From NCBI GenBank assembly GCA_041649155.1, contig JBAZNP010000002.1, forward strand, positions 6,640-70,639: a stretch of 64,000 bases of DNA. The letters are read 5' to 3'. The notes beneath the pieces were generated by a model, which was not told where the DNA came from, searched no databases, and was given only the letters and a program-made list of their open reading frames with translations. How positions within the stretch are numbered: the stretch's first letter is position 1; each line of letters opens with the position of its first letter. The translations under genes and the position numbers were made by a program. Shown here in pieces: positions 1 to 9,442 of this stretch. The DNA comes from Patescibacteria group bacterium. GTDB lineage: Bacteria; Patescibacteriota; UBA1384; XYA2-FULL-43-10; 1-14-0-10-43-13.

Positions 1-2889
1 TGTATGCATTTTGTCATCAACCAAGTGGTGAAGTTTCAAAATATACATAATACCGACAGTTGATTTTCTTGCGAATGGTTCGCCTGTTTCACCATTGAAA
101 AGTTGGATTTTACCGTCTTCTGGCATTCCTTCTTTTTTGAGTCTTTCTTTGATCTCCGAAATCTGAATACCTTCAAAAGCAGGGGTGCCAATCTTGTATT
201 CGCCCTTCATAGCTGCAAGACCCAAGTGAGTTTCCAATATCTGACCAACGTTCATACGAGAAATAACACCAAGAGGGTTCAAAACCACGTCAACTGGTCT
301 ACCGTCAGGCAAGAAAGGCATATCTTCTTGTGGAAGAATTACTGAAATAACACCTTTGTTACCATGTCGTCCGGCAAGCTTGTCGCCGATAGATATTTTT
401 CTAAGCTGAGCAACTGAGACTTCAACCATTTGATAAACACCCGCAGGAAGCTCATCGCCATTTTCTTTAGAAAATATTCTGACATCAACAACTTTTCCGT
501 ATTCACCATGAGGCAGTCTAAGAGAAGAGTCACGAACGTCTTTAGCTTTCTCACCGAAGATTGCTCTCAAAAGTTTTTCTTCTGAAGTCAATTCGGTTTC
601 ACCCTTTGGTGAAATCTTACCAATTAGAATGTCTCCGGATTTTACTTCCGCGCCAATTCGGATAACACCTAATTCATCAAGGTTTGATAGAGCTTCTTCG
701 GAAACGTTTGGAATATCACGAGTTAATACCTCAGGCCCTAGCTTGGTGTCCCGAACTTCGATTGAATATTGTTCAATATGAATTGAAGATAGAGCATGAT
801 CCTTAACCAAACGATTTGAAATAACGATAGCATCCTCAAAGTTGTTTCCGCCCATAGACATGAAAGCTACAAGCAGGTTCTGCCCTAAAGCCAATTCACC
901 ATGATCTGTAGCAGAAGAATCTGCAATGACTTGTCCGACTTTAACTTTATCCCCGAGTTTCACTATTGGTCTTTGGTTAATTGAAGTTCCTTGATTAGAT
1001 CTTACAAACTTCTCAAGGTAATATTCTTTATTTTCGCCGTTTTTGTCTTTGATTTTGATCAATTTTGAGGAAAGGTGTGTAACTTCACCGTCACGATCAG
1101 CGACAGCAATCTGTCCTGAATCCTTGGCAGCGTTAGCTTCCATGCCTGTTCCAACCATTGGAGAGTCAGGACAGATCAGTGGAACGGCCTGTCGTTGCAT
1201 GTTTGAGCCCATCATTGCTCTGGCGCCATCATCATGCTCAACAAAAGGAATTAAAGAGGTAGCAATAGAAACGATTTGTCTTGGTGAAATATCCATGTAT
1301 TGGACCTTGAGAGCGTCTTCAATATCAGGTTCGCTGTATTTTCGAACGATTACTCTCTTGTCTTTAATAACACCTTTTTCGTCGATTTCAACAGAAGCAG
1401 GAGCAATAATAGCTTTTTCTTCTTTTCCTGCATCAATATATTCAATTTCATTGGTTACGCGGGCTTTGCCGTTTTCAATCTTAACTTTTCGGTAAGGTGT
1501 TTCAAGGAAACCGTAGTCATTAATTCTTGAATAACAAGCAAGATAACTAACCAAACCAATGTTTGGTCCTTCAGGAGACTCGATCGGACAAATACGGCCG
1601 TAGTGAGTTGAGTGAACGTCACGAACCTCAAAGCCAGCTCTTTCTCTGGAAAGGCCACCAGGACCAGTAGCAGACAAGGTTCGCTTGTGCTCTAGCTCTG
1701 ACAATGGGTTTGTCTGGTTCATGAACTGAGATAATTGTGAGCTTGCGAAGAATTCCTGCAAAGCTGCGACAACTGGTCTTGAGTTAACAAGAGCTGAGGG
1801 GGCGACTTCTACTGGATCACAAATGCTCATTCTGTCTTTTACAATTCTCTCTACACGAAGAAGACCAACACGAACTCGTCCTTGGATTGATTCGCCAACT
1901 GCTCTGATACGTCTGTTTTTCAAGCTATCTGTATCATCCGGCTGTGCGTCTGGAGTATTGTTTAATCTAATTAATTCACGAATTACTGCGACAATATCTT
2001 CTTTTCTAAGAGTTCTGTTTTCTGGAGTGTTTTCAACATTCATATCCAAACGCTGGTTGACTTTGTAGCGTCCAACTCTACCTAGATCGTATCTCTTTGG
2101 ATTAAAGAACATCGCTTCGATAAATTGTTTTGCTGATTCAGCCGTAGCTAAGTCACCAGGTCTTATTCTCTTGTATGTTTCAACCAAACCTTCTTCATAG
2201 TTGCTTGCAGGATCTTTAGCCAAAGTTGCATCAATATATTTTAGTTCATCGTTGTCATCGACATCTGCGAACAAAGCTTTGATCTCTGAGTCATCACCCA
2301 AACCAAGAGCTCGCAAGAAAGTTGTAATTGGAATTCTTCTTTTTCTATCGACTTTAACTGAAATCACACCTTTTGAGTTGGTTTCAATTTCAAGCCAAGC
2401 GCCTCTTGAAGGGATGACTTTTGCACCAAAATAGTTCTCACCGTTGACTTTATCGGCTGTAAATAGAACACCATATGATCGAACGATCTGGGAAACCACG
2501 ACTCTTTCAACACCATTGATGATAAAAGTGCCGCATTCAGTCATGAGTGGGAAATCGCCCAGGAACACTTCACCGTCTTTAATTTCTTTTGTTTTCTTGT
2601 TTAGAAGTGATACTTTAACGCGCAATGGAGCCTTATAGGTCAGGTTTTTCTCTCTTGCGGTTTTTTCGTCTACTTTTGGCTTCTCTAGATAGTACTTGCC
2701 AAAGCTAAGCGAATAAAGCTCTCCGGTAAAATCTTCGATTGGAGAAATCTCATTGAAAAGTTCTCTTAATCCCTCTTTGAAAAACCAGTCATATGACTTT
2801 GTCTGAATTTCAACTAAGTTTGGAAGTGCTTCCCACGACTCAGCTGGTCTAGGTAAAATTCTAGCCTGATCATTGATCTTCTTGGACAT
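1..2889 (-). CDS. rpoB: DNA-directed RNA polymerase beta subunit, partial (C-terminus runs off the window start)
   Basis: Reverse translation from the ATG at 2889-2887 gives MSKKINDQARILPRP...SYDWFFKEGL...GTFIINGVERVVVSQ, then the conserved RpoB blocks to the window edge. An AGGAGA Shine-Dalgarno sits upstream on the minus strand. Confidence 0.95.
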   Translation of the reverse strand, partial: MSKKINDQARILPRPAESWEALPNLVEIQTKSYDWFFKEGLRELFNEISPIEDFTGELYSLSFGKYYLEKPKVDEKTAREKNLTYKAPLRVKVSLLNKKTKEIKDGEVFLGDFPLMTECGTFIINGVERVVVSQIVRSYGVLFTADKVNGENYFGAKVIPSRGAWLEIETNSKGVISVKVDRKRRIPITTFLRALGLGDDSEIKALFADVDDNDELKYIDATLAKDPASNYEEGLVETYKRIRPGDLATAESAKQFIEAMFFNPKRYDLGRVGRYKVNQRLDMNVENTPENRTLRKEDIVAVIRELIRLNNTPDAQPDDTDSLKNRRIRAVGESIQGRVRVGLLRVERIVKDRMSICDPVEVAPSALVNSRPVVAALQEFFASSQLSQFMNQTNPLSELEHKRTLSATGPGGLSRERAGFEVRDVHSTHYGRICPIESPEGPNIGLVSYLACYSRINDYGFLETPYRKVKIENGKARVTNEIEYIDAGKEEKAIIAPASVEIDEKGVIKDKRVIVRKYSEPDIEDALKVQYMDISPRQIVSIATSLIPFVEHDDGARAMMGSNMQRQAVPLICPDSPMVGTGMEANAAKDSGQIAVADRDGEVTHLSSKLIKIKDKNGENKEYYLEKFVRSNQGTSINQRPIVKLGDKVKVGQVIADSSATDHGELALGQNLLVAFMSMGGNNFEDAIVISNRLVKDHALSSIHIEQYSIEVRDTKLGPEVLTRDIPNVSEEALSNLDELGVIRIGAEVKSGDILIGKISPKGETELTSEEKLLRAIFGEKAKDVRDSSLRLPHGEYGKVVDVRIFSKENGDELPAGVYQMVEVSVAQLRKISIGDKLAGRHGNKGVISVILPQEDMPFLPDGRPVDVVLNPLGVISRMNVGQILETHLGLAAMKGEYKIGTPAFEGIQISEIKERLKKEGMPEDGKIQLFNGETGEPFARKSTVGIMYILKLHHLVDDKMHT

Positions 2890-3081
2890 ATCTCTCCTAT
2901 AGTGTTATCTACTCAAATATTTGTTCAATAAATAATCTACGGACAATAAATTTTCCTTTGAGATGCTAAGTTACATAACAAAAATTCCCCAATTCGCAAG
3001 GGGTCATAAGTTTTTGTTAGAAACTACAGTTAGAACGCATCAAAGGCCTAAAATATTTAAATAATTGTCTATACAGAAAGT

Positions 3082-3110
3082 ATAATAGCACAAGAAAAAG
3101 AGCTTGTCAA
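3082..3110 (-). promoter_or_regulatory. Proximal sigma70-like promoter for rpoB (minus strand: TTGACA-17-TATTAT)
   Basis: Reverse complement of 3105-3110 is TTGACA and of 3082-3087 is TATTAT, with a 17-nt spacer, about 190 nt upstream of the rpoB start. Confidence 0.5.
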
Positions 3111-3149
3111 CTCCACTGCCATCGGAAAATTAGAATCTATACATTTACC

Positions 3150-3179
3150 ATTTTAGAAACATTACATTTCAATGTCAAT
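3150..3179 (-). promoter_or_regulatory. Distal sigma70-like promoter for rpoB (TTGACA-18-TAAAAT)
   Basis: Reverse complement of 3174-3179 is TTGACA and of 3150-3155 is TAAAAT; it lies in tandem with the proximal promoter. Confidence 0.4.
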
Positions 3180-3231
3180 AGGACAAATTCACAAAAATTT
3201 AATGTATTGTCATTGCGAGGTCGCAAATATT

Positions 3232-3259
3232 CCTCTCCTTTTTGGCACAGAAGGAGAGG
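3232..3259. repeat. Perfect 9-bp-stem hairpin (CCTCTCCTT / AAGGAGAGG) in the divergent intergenic region
   Basis: Seen directly: cctctcctt-tttggcacag-aaggagagg. No U-tract follows on either strand. Confidence 0.5.
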
Positions 3260-3308
3260 CTAGGTGAGGTTACAACTTGTAAGAAATATCCAGATTAAAT
3301 TCAAAATA

Positions 3309-3337
3309 TTGACAGATCACAATAATTGTGATACAAT
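3309..3337 (+). promoter_or_regulatory. Sigma70-like promoter with extended -10 (TTGACA-17-TGaTACAAT)
   Basis: ttgaca at 3309-3314, a 17-nt spacer, tacaat at 3332-3337 preceded by tg. It would give a ~115-nt leader for the 3468 CDS. Confidence 0.6.
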
Positions 3338-3467
3338 ATATAATGTAAGTGGGAAGTGTTTTGAGCCTGAAAATCAGACTTGAAACGTTGCCTCATTGGC
3401 GACACCAGACCGAATTTACGCTCATTCTACTGCTAGACGATAGAGAGCTCCAAGGAGGAATTCGGCT

Positions 3468-3851
3468 ATGCGAAGTGATAGAATTATAAGCTTGGTATTG
3501 TTTATAGCTATTGTAGCTGCAGCTTGCGTTCTTGTATTTCAGATCATCGAGTTAAAAAAAACTAAATCTGAGCTCAGAGAGATTGAGGTACAGACATATA
3601 ACTCTTGTGTCAAAATGTTATCTAGAACTCAGACAGAGCGCAATTGCACTTTACGCGAGATCGATAGGTTTAAAAAAACTTCCATCGAGGACAGCGCCCT
3701 TACAGCTAGACACCACAAGCGTTGGGTGATCGATTATATTGAAATCTACAATATAAGGTGTGATGACTACAACTCACGCATAGAAGACCTTACTATACCC
3801 AAAGGTAAGCGTCCTCTACCAAAGATGACCCACCTGAACATCCCAAAATAA
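3468..3851 (+). CDS. Hypothetical small protein with one N-terminal TM helix
   Basis: 127-aa ORF with a strong GGAGG Shine-Dalgarno 7 nt upstream, a hydrophobic N-terminus (IISLVLFIAIVAAACVLVF) and an intrinsic terminator downstream. Confidence 0.6.
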   Translation: MRSDRIISLVLFIAIVAAACVLVFQIIELKKTKSELREIEVQTYNSCVKMLSRTQTERNCTLREIDRFKKTSIEDSALTARHHKRWVIDYIEIYNIRCDDYNSRIEDLTIPKGKRPLPKMTHLNIPK

Positions 3852-3907
3852 AGTCGACGCTCAGTCGCAGACACGAGGACTAACAACTTAGTTCTCATAA
3901 ATCACAC

Positions 3908-3936
3908 AAAACCCGCTTCATATGAAGCGGGTTTTT
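3908..3936 (+). terminator. Rho-independent terminator
   Basis: aaaACCCGCTTCAtatgAAGCGGGTttttt: an 8-bp GC-rich stem followed by a U-tract. Confidence 0.7.
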
Positions 3937-4083
3937 ACATTATTAAAAAGATTTTTATGATAGATTGCCACGCCCCTTTGGGGCTCACAATAACAATAAT
4001 GCTACTTCCTCCCCTAGATTAGGTGCCGGTAGGCAGGGCTAGGCGGGGTAGTTTACTAATACCTTTTTTTATACCACCCCTAG

Positions 4084-4104
4084 CCCCTCCTACCTTAGGA
4101 GGGG
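4084..4104. repeat. Strong GC hairpin (CCCCTCCT-acctt-AGGAGGGG) inside a GC-rich structured spacer (3961-4105)
   Basis: Seen directly. Preceded by a T7 run and by the imperfect inverted repeat ggtaggcagggctaggcgggg / ccacccctagcccctcctacc. Confidence 0.4.
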
Positions 4105-4118
4105 GATTACAGAGAATG

Positions 4119-4274
4119 TTAGATTTTAGAATTTATAACTTTAACTAGTTCTTCAATATTTTTATGCGTAGCAGCCGAGATTAGAATCGGCTTTTTTCTA
4201 ATTTTCTTCAGCTCTGCCACCTTCGTTTCGAGTTCTTCGGGCTGTAGCGTATCTATCTTATTTAGCACATCCAT
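4119..4274 (-). pseudogene. Remnant or duplicated copy of the obg 3' end (GTPase G4-G5 region), 51 codons, no Shine-Dalgarno
   Basis: Translation MDVLNKIDTLQPEELETKVAELKKIRKKPILISAATHKNIEELVKVINSKI aligns at about 60% identity with the C-terminus of the intact Obg in this window (INKSDTLPEAELEEKMEALQKIKVKPVLISAATNKNLDELIKAVKKQI). It starts 3 nt after the stop of the upstream gene. Confidence 0.5.
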
Positions 4275-4277
4275 TCT

Positions 4278-5660
4278 CTAATTCGGGTTTAGAAAAGTAT
4301 TATTTACTAGTTCAAATATTTCAGTATTCTGTATTATTCCCACCTTTTTAACCGTTTGATTACTTAAATTATAGATATAAACTTCCAAATCCTTATTATT
4401 AATAGGATTGATTGAAAAGATTATTTTGCCATCGCTCAAAAAACTCATTGATCTAATTTTCCCCGCAGATAAGCCAGATTTCTCAGGTGTAAAAACACTG
4501 GCTATTAAACAAGTCTGCTTATCCATTTTGAAAATAGCGGTGTTTTCACTTTTATCTAAAGCGGTAAAGTAATAAAACTTACTATCAGAAATTGTTACTG
4601 CATTCTCACCACCCGACCTAGTGTTATATATGTAATCATAATGATAGTCAAAATCATTTTGTAATTGCTCTGTATACTGACTAGTTCCGTGCATCGCTCC
4701 TAAGCAGTTATCATAGCTCAAATTTCTTGCATCTACAGTATGAGCAGATTGGGTTGTCTTTTCGGAGGCAGCTACTTCGCTGCTATTAACCAGTTTAAAT
4801 GTCTGATCGGTCATATTAATAACGACAAAAACACTTCTAGAAGATACTGCACTTTGTCCAACAGTACCAGTATATTCAATCTTTGCTTGATATTTACTTG
4901 AGTCATCAGAGAATGTCCCCCCTGAAAGTCTTTGACCCTCTTCTGCTTGTAAATTTATCGCCACCTTTTTACCAAGAGAGTAATTAAAAATCTCAACATC
5001 ATTATCCCTTGAAATCGCCAAAGCGTTATTAAAGTCAGTATATACTGGAGTTCCATTTATTGTAGAATCAACAGGTTTAATCTCATCATTTGATGTTAAA
5101 AAATTAAATATGAACTTGCTGCCATTAGAAACGGATTTATACAGTCCTATTTTGTTAGTACTTTTCGCCTCAATGCTAGAAGAATAAGTTACGGTTATTT
5201 TATTTGACAAAGCGTTCTTCCAAACTTCATATTCTTTATCCAATTGAACATTATTCATGGCAACGACAGCCTGTCTCTGTAAGATTTGAACATAGGCTCC
5301 AGCAAAATTTGCACCCAAGCCCAAGCCAAGAGTCAAGAGAAAAAGGCAAACAAATGCGAGCAATTTCATAGAAAAGAACTTTAAATTGCGGAAAATGCTA
5401 ATAGTTGCTGCTATTAATATGATTAGTTCTATCCCTAAACCAAACATTACAACCTCTCCGGGCATAGAGCCGTCACTCATAGTGAGACCAAAAAGAAACC
5501 CGATTGTTATCAGAATTAAAGTAATGTAGAACCAGGGTGTTTTATAAAAAATAAATTTATTTTGTTCTTGTGGAACAGGACCAGTAGGGACTTGTTGGTT
5601 AGAATTTAAATTGTTCGTCTGGTCCTCATTTCCTTGAGTTTGAAGATTATTCTCAATCAT
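4278..5660 (-). CDS. Hypothetical membrane protein (4 TM) with a large extracytoplasmic domain
   Basis: Long ORF; the likely start is MIENNLQ (ATG at 5660) preceded by a GGAGG Shine-Dalgarno. Hydrophobic segments are followed by a Ser/Thr/Asn-rich domain. Confidence 0.65.
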   Translation of the reverse strand: MIENNLQTQGNEDQTNNLNSNQQVPTGPVPQEQNKFIFYKTPWFYITLILITIGFLFGLTMSDGSMPGEVVMFGLGIELIILIAATISIFRNLKFFSMKLLAFVCLFLLTLGLGLGANFAGAYVQILQRQAVVAMNNVQLDKEYEVWKNALSNKITVTYSSSIEAKSTNKIGLYKSVSNGSKFIFNFLTSNDEIKPVDSTINGTPVYTDFNNALAISRDNDVEIFNYSLGKKVAINLQAEEGQRLSGGTFSDDSSKYQAKIEYTGTVGQSAVSSRSVFVVINMTDQTFKLVNSSEVAASEKTTQSAHTVDARNLSYDNCLGAMHGTSQYTEQLQNDFDYHYDYIYNTRSGGENAVTISDSKFYYFTALDKSENTAIFKMDKQTCLIASVFTPEKSGLSAGKIRSMSFLSDGKIIFSINPINNKDLEVYIYNLSNQTVKKVGIIQNTEIFELVNNTFLNPN

Positions 5661-5811
5661 TCCCCTCCTGATTGTATTGATAGTTATTTTAATAATATTA
5701 TCATATGCTTTTATTCTTAAGTCGTAAATAACTATCAATTGTTCATAACACAATATTTATTCTTACGATTATCGACGATCGTTCAAAATTGCATTAAAGT
5801 CTATCTAGCTA

Positions 5812-6780
5812 TTAGATCTGTTTCTTGACAGCCTTGATTAGTTCATCGAGGTTTTTGTTTGTGGCTGCGGATATTAGTACTGGTTTCACTTTTATTTTTT
5901 GCAAAGCTTCCATTTTTTCTTCTAGTTCCGCTTCAGGAAGGGTGTCTGATTTGTTTATGGCGACTATTTCTTTCTTTTTAGTAAGCGTTTTGGAGAATTT
6001 TTTCAATTCATTACGGATGGTTTTATAGTCGCGAACAACATCGTCAGAATTTGCATCAACTAAATGAACCAGAATTCGAGTTCTTTCAATGTGTTTTAAG
6101 AATTTATCCCCTAATCCTTTTCCTTCTGCAGCACCCTCAATAAGACCCGGGATATCGGCAATTATAATATTTTTATCGATATTCTTCATCGCGCCAAGAT
6201 TTGGCTCAAGAGTGGTGAAAGGATAATCGGCAATTTTAGGTCGAGCGTTTGATAGTACAGAAAGAAGAGTAGATTTGCCTGCATTTGGAAGACCGATTAA
6301 GCCAACATCGGCAATAGTTTTGAGCTCAAGTTGAATTTTCTTCGATTCCCCAGGTAAACCTTTTTTTGACCACTTTGGAGCTTGCTTTATAGAAGTGGCA
6401 AAATGCTGGTTTCCCCAACCGCCATTTCCGCCTTTTGCCAAAATTATCTCTTCCCCCTCTTTTGTGAAATCAAAGAGAAGTTCGCCATCGTGGTAAATCT
6501 GAGTACCGGTAGGAACCCTCAAAATGAGATCGTCGGCGTTTTTGCCATGTTTGTTGCTTCCAGTGCCTGGATGTCCGTTTTTAGCTAAAAATCGCTTCTC
6601 ACGGTTATACTGAGCTAATCCGTGGCAATGATTATCGACAATGATTAGAATATCACCACCTTTTCCACCATCTCCACCGTCTGGGCCGCCCTTGGGGACA
6701 TATTTTTCACGTCGAAAAGAAACGGCTCCGTCGCCGCCTTTTCCCGCTTTTACATAAATTTCCGCTTGATCGATAAACAT
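5812..6780 (-). CDS. obg: GTPase Obg/CgtA (Obg fold plus G domain; no C-terminal OCT/TGS domain)
   Basis: MFIDQAEIYVKAGKGGDGAVSFRREKYVPKGGPDGGDGGKGGDI glycine-rich Obg N-domain; GLIGLPNAGKSTL P-loop; NKSD G4; SAAT G5. Confidence 0.95.
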   Translation of the reverse strand: MFIDQAEIYVKAGKGGDGAVSFRREKYVPKGGPDGGDGGKGGDILIIVDNHCHGLAQYNREKRFLAKNGHPGTGSNKHGKNADDLILRVPTGTQIYHDGELLFDFTKEGEEIILAKGGNGGWGNQHFATSIKQAPKWSKKGLPGESKKIQLELKTIADVGLIGLPNAGKSTLLSVLSNARPKIADYPFTTLEPNLGAMKNIDKNIIIADIPGLIEGAAEGKGLGDKFLKHIERTRILVHLVDANSDDVVRDYKTIRNELKKFSKTLTKKKEIVAINKSDTLPEAELEEKMEALQKIKVKPVLISAATNKNLDELIKAVKKQI

Positions 6781-6882
6781 AGGTTAGAATTTTGAATCAT
6801 GAATTAGGAATCATGGGTTTTATTGAATAATAATATTCTTAATTCACCATTCAAACCCGTAATTCTACGTAATAATAACATA

Positions 6883-6910
6883 AAATCCCTATTTATGCTA
6901 GGGATTTTAT
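6883..6910 (-). terminator. Terminator-like hairpin downstream of the LysM-CHAP gene
   Basis: AAATCCCTA-tttatg-CTAGGGATTT with a flanking T/A-rich tract; usable in either direction. Confidence 0.4.
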
Positions 6911-6943
6911 TATAGAATATATTTGGAATCTATTAAGCTTTGC

Positions 6944-8095
6944 TTAGTAGATGTAGCCTCTAACAACTCCACCAGAAGCAGATAGTGTCCTTCGACTGGT
7001 GACACCCCAACCTTTCGCATTCATCTCAGAAATTGTGATCTCGTTACCATTAACACTTTCAACATAAGCAACATGCCCCCACCAAGACTCTCTGGTTACA
7101 ACAATCGCCCCTACAGCCGGAGTTGAACCAGTCTGATACCCAGCTCTAGTTGCTGAATTGAGCCAGTTTTTTGCATCGCCCCAAGAAGTTGGAACATAGC
7201 GACGTGTAGCAACATAATAAGTACAGTAACCGTAAGGATATCCGTTTTTACTGCTGCCAGGATTTTTCTTCACAGTAGGATTGCTATTTGCAGCAAGCGC
7301 TCTGCTTGAAGAAGTATTTCTTGTTACTGTGTTTCTGGAAGCTGCAGCCAATTTAGCTTGCTTGTCTGCTTCTTTCTTAGCAATAGCACTGGCAGAAACT
7401 TCATATCCCTTCTTAGGAACTGTCAATTTCACGCCAGGTCTAATTGAATCAGCATTATCAATATCATTCACATATTTTAATGTAGAAAGTTTAACTTCAA
7501 ATTTCCAACCGAGACCAGTTAAAGTATCACCATTGCGAACAATGTATTCAACGCTGGCCGCTGAATTGTCCGGCAATGGAGTTTCTCTGCTAGTGAGTTG
7601 GGTAGTAAATGAGCTAGAGCTATTTACGAATCCGCCCTCTGTATTTGAAGCAATAATCTGTTTTTTCACCGACTCAGAGTCGCCCTGAATAAGATTCGTA
7701 TACTGGTCAATACTGCTTGCCACCGCATACTCTGCATCAGGACCTGTCGAGATAAAGTCATTGTAAAAAGCTTCTGCGGCAACCTTATCACTAAAGTTTG
7801 AGGTTATAACCAAAAGCCCCAAACTAACTAACACAACATGGGGAAGGTATTTATTGCTAAAAATAAAATTCCTGACCTCTTTAAAACCTTTGATAAGTCC
7901 CGTCTTTAAAACATTGAGTCTCGAAGAGAGTGAACTTAGGTTTACAGTCCGGAATTGGTTTAGATAATTATTAAACTGATGTTTAGTTTTTGTGGAAGTT
8001 TTATCAGTCAAAGACTGATGGGACTTTGGCCCAGATTCTTTTGTTTTCTCCGAAGTCTTATACGACGGAGGTTCGATTTCTTCTAGTAAAGCCAT
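6944..8095 (-). CDS. Membrane-anchored peptidoglycan hydrolase with LysM and C-terminal CHAP domains
   Basis: LysM-like YIVRNGDTLTGLGWKFEVKLSTLKYVNDI...PGVKLTVP; CHAP-like GYPYGYCTYYVA...WGHVAYVESVNGNEITISEMN; one N-terminal TM helix. Confidence 0.8.
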   Translation of the reverse strand: MALLEEIEPPSYKTSEKTKESGPKSHQSLTDKTSTKTKHQFNNYLNQFRTVNLSSLSSRLNVLKTGLIKGFKEVRNFIFSNKYLPHVVLVSLGLLVITSNFSDKVAAEAFYNDFISTGPDAEYAVASSIDQYTNLIQGDSESVKKQIIASNTEGGFVNSSSSFTTQLTSRETPLPDNSAASVEYIVRNGDTLTGLGWKFEVKLSTLKYVNDIDNADSIRPGVKLTVPKKGYEVSASAIAKKEADKQAKLAAASRNTVTRNTSSSRALAANSNPTVKKNPGSSKNGYPYGYCTYYVATRRYVPTSWGDAKNWLNSATRAGYQTGSTPAVGAIVVTRESWWGHVAYVESVNGNEITISEMNAKGWGVTSRRTLSASGGVVRGYIY

Positions 8096-8218
8096 AATTT
8101 TGTTGTACTACTTTTTCGGCAGTACAAGGGTTAAGTTTAGCAAACGCTCAGATTTTGTCAATACTCTACAAAAAGTTACAAGAAAATATCAATTATTTTG
8201 TTGTTGCAACATAGAAAA

Positions 8219-9442
8219 TCAATTATTTTTGTCAACCGAAACCAATATAGATGACGGAACAATGCTTGTCACGGAAATGCCGTTAGGAACAGTAAAGTTT
8301 TTTGAAGTTATATCGAAGCTGTACGTCCCCCCTTGCACTGCTTTCTTATCCTGAAAATCGAGAGTGAAAATTACGTCCGATACTTTTAGGTTGTTGATCA
8401 CCTCTATCGGTCCCGAAACAGTCACTTTAACTTGACTCGGCTTCACAATACTGGGAGAAAGTGAAGAATCGAGATTTTTAGTTGTAATATCCGGCGTTAT
8501 TTCCTTGGATATTTCTGCGTGTGAAAATTTAATTTTAACTTTAACACTAGCAGGAGAATTTGGCTGTAAGATAATCTCGCTCTTGGTATTTAATTGGACA
8601 TCTTTTTCGAAATCATCCGAAAGACCAGCCACGTCTATTGCGTATGTTTCAATAAAATTTATTTCCGATAAAACAGCAATCGGACCAGTAACATCAACGC
8701 TGGAAGGTTCAACGGCCACGCTTGAAATATAGTAGCCGGCCTTGGGCGAACCGGTGACCTTGGCTTTAATCCCAACAGTTTTATTGTTAGATGCCTTTAC
8801 AATCGGAACTGTCGCCCTAACCTCTTTAGGAATAAAATCAATCCCTTCGATTTTCTCACCTTTCTCATTGAAAGCAGTGACTGTAACAGTCTTGGTAAAA
8901 TTGTCAGTCTCACCATTCAATTCTATCAGGACTGTGGCTTCAGTCAGAGTGTCAATAAGACTTTTTGGTCCTCGTGCTTCGATTTTGCTCGGCTCCAACT
9001 CAATTGAGCCCGCAACCAAGCCCTCCCCTGCACTTCCTTCGATTTTCTTGTTTATATTCACTTCCTTTGAAACTCTTGGCTCTAGAGTCACAAAAATTTT
9101 CTCTGGAGTTTTCTCAACTATTTGAACATCTGCAACAGAAGAAACAACGTTCACATTCAATTCATATGTTCCTTCCGAATGGGCCGAAAGATCAACGTAA
9201 GCAGAAAAAGTATCAGCTGAAAGTTTTCTCCACACCGAAGGATCGGCCATTATTTTAATATCAACGGTTTGTTCATCATAAGTTGCGACCAACCCTGCAG
9301 GAACATTAATAGCGCGAATTTTAATACTGCCCGGGAATTTGCCCACAGAATTTTGACCAGCAGCAATATATACCCACAACAATGCTGCTGCAATAAAACA
9401 GGCTAATTTTATTCCAAAATTTTTAGTAATAATTTTCCACAT
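8219..9442 (-). CDS. cdaR: YbbR-repeat protein CdaR (regulator of diadenylate cyclase)
   Basis: 407 aa with an N-terminal TM helix and repeated YbbR-like beta-rich modules. Its start abuts the cdaA stop (9442/9443), the typical cdaA-cdaR arrangement. Confidence 0.75.
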   Translation of the reverse strand: MWKIITKNFGIKLACFIAAALLWVYIAAGQNSVGKFPGSIKIRAINVPAGLVATYDEQTVDIKIMADPSVWRKLSADTFSAYVDLSAHSEGTYELNVNVVSSVADVQIVEKTPEKIFVTLEPRVSKEVNINKKIEGSAGEGLVAGSIELEPSKIEARGPKSLIDTLTEATVLIELNGETDNFTKTVTVTAFNEKGEKIEGIDFIPKEVRATVPIVKASNNKTVGIKAKVTGSPKAGYYISSVAVEPSSVDVTGPIAVLSEINFIETYAIDVAGLSDDFEKDVQLNTKSEIILQPNSPASVKVKIKFSHAEISKEITPDITTKNLDSSLSPSIVKPSQVKVTVSGPIEVINNLKVSDVIFTLDFQDKKAVQGGTYSFDITSKNFTVPNGISVTSIVPSSILVSVDKNN

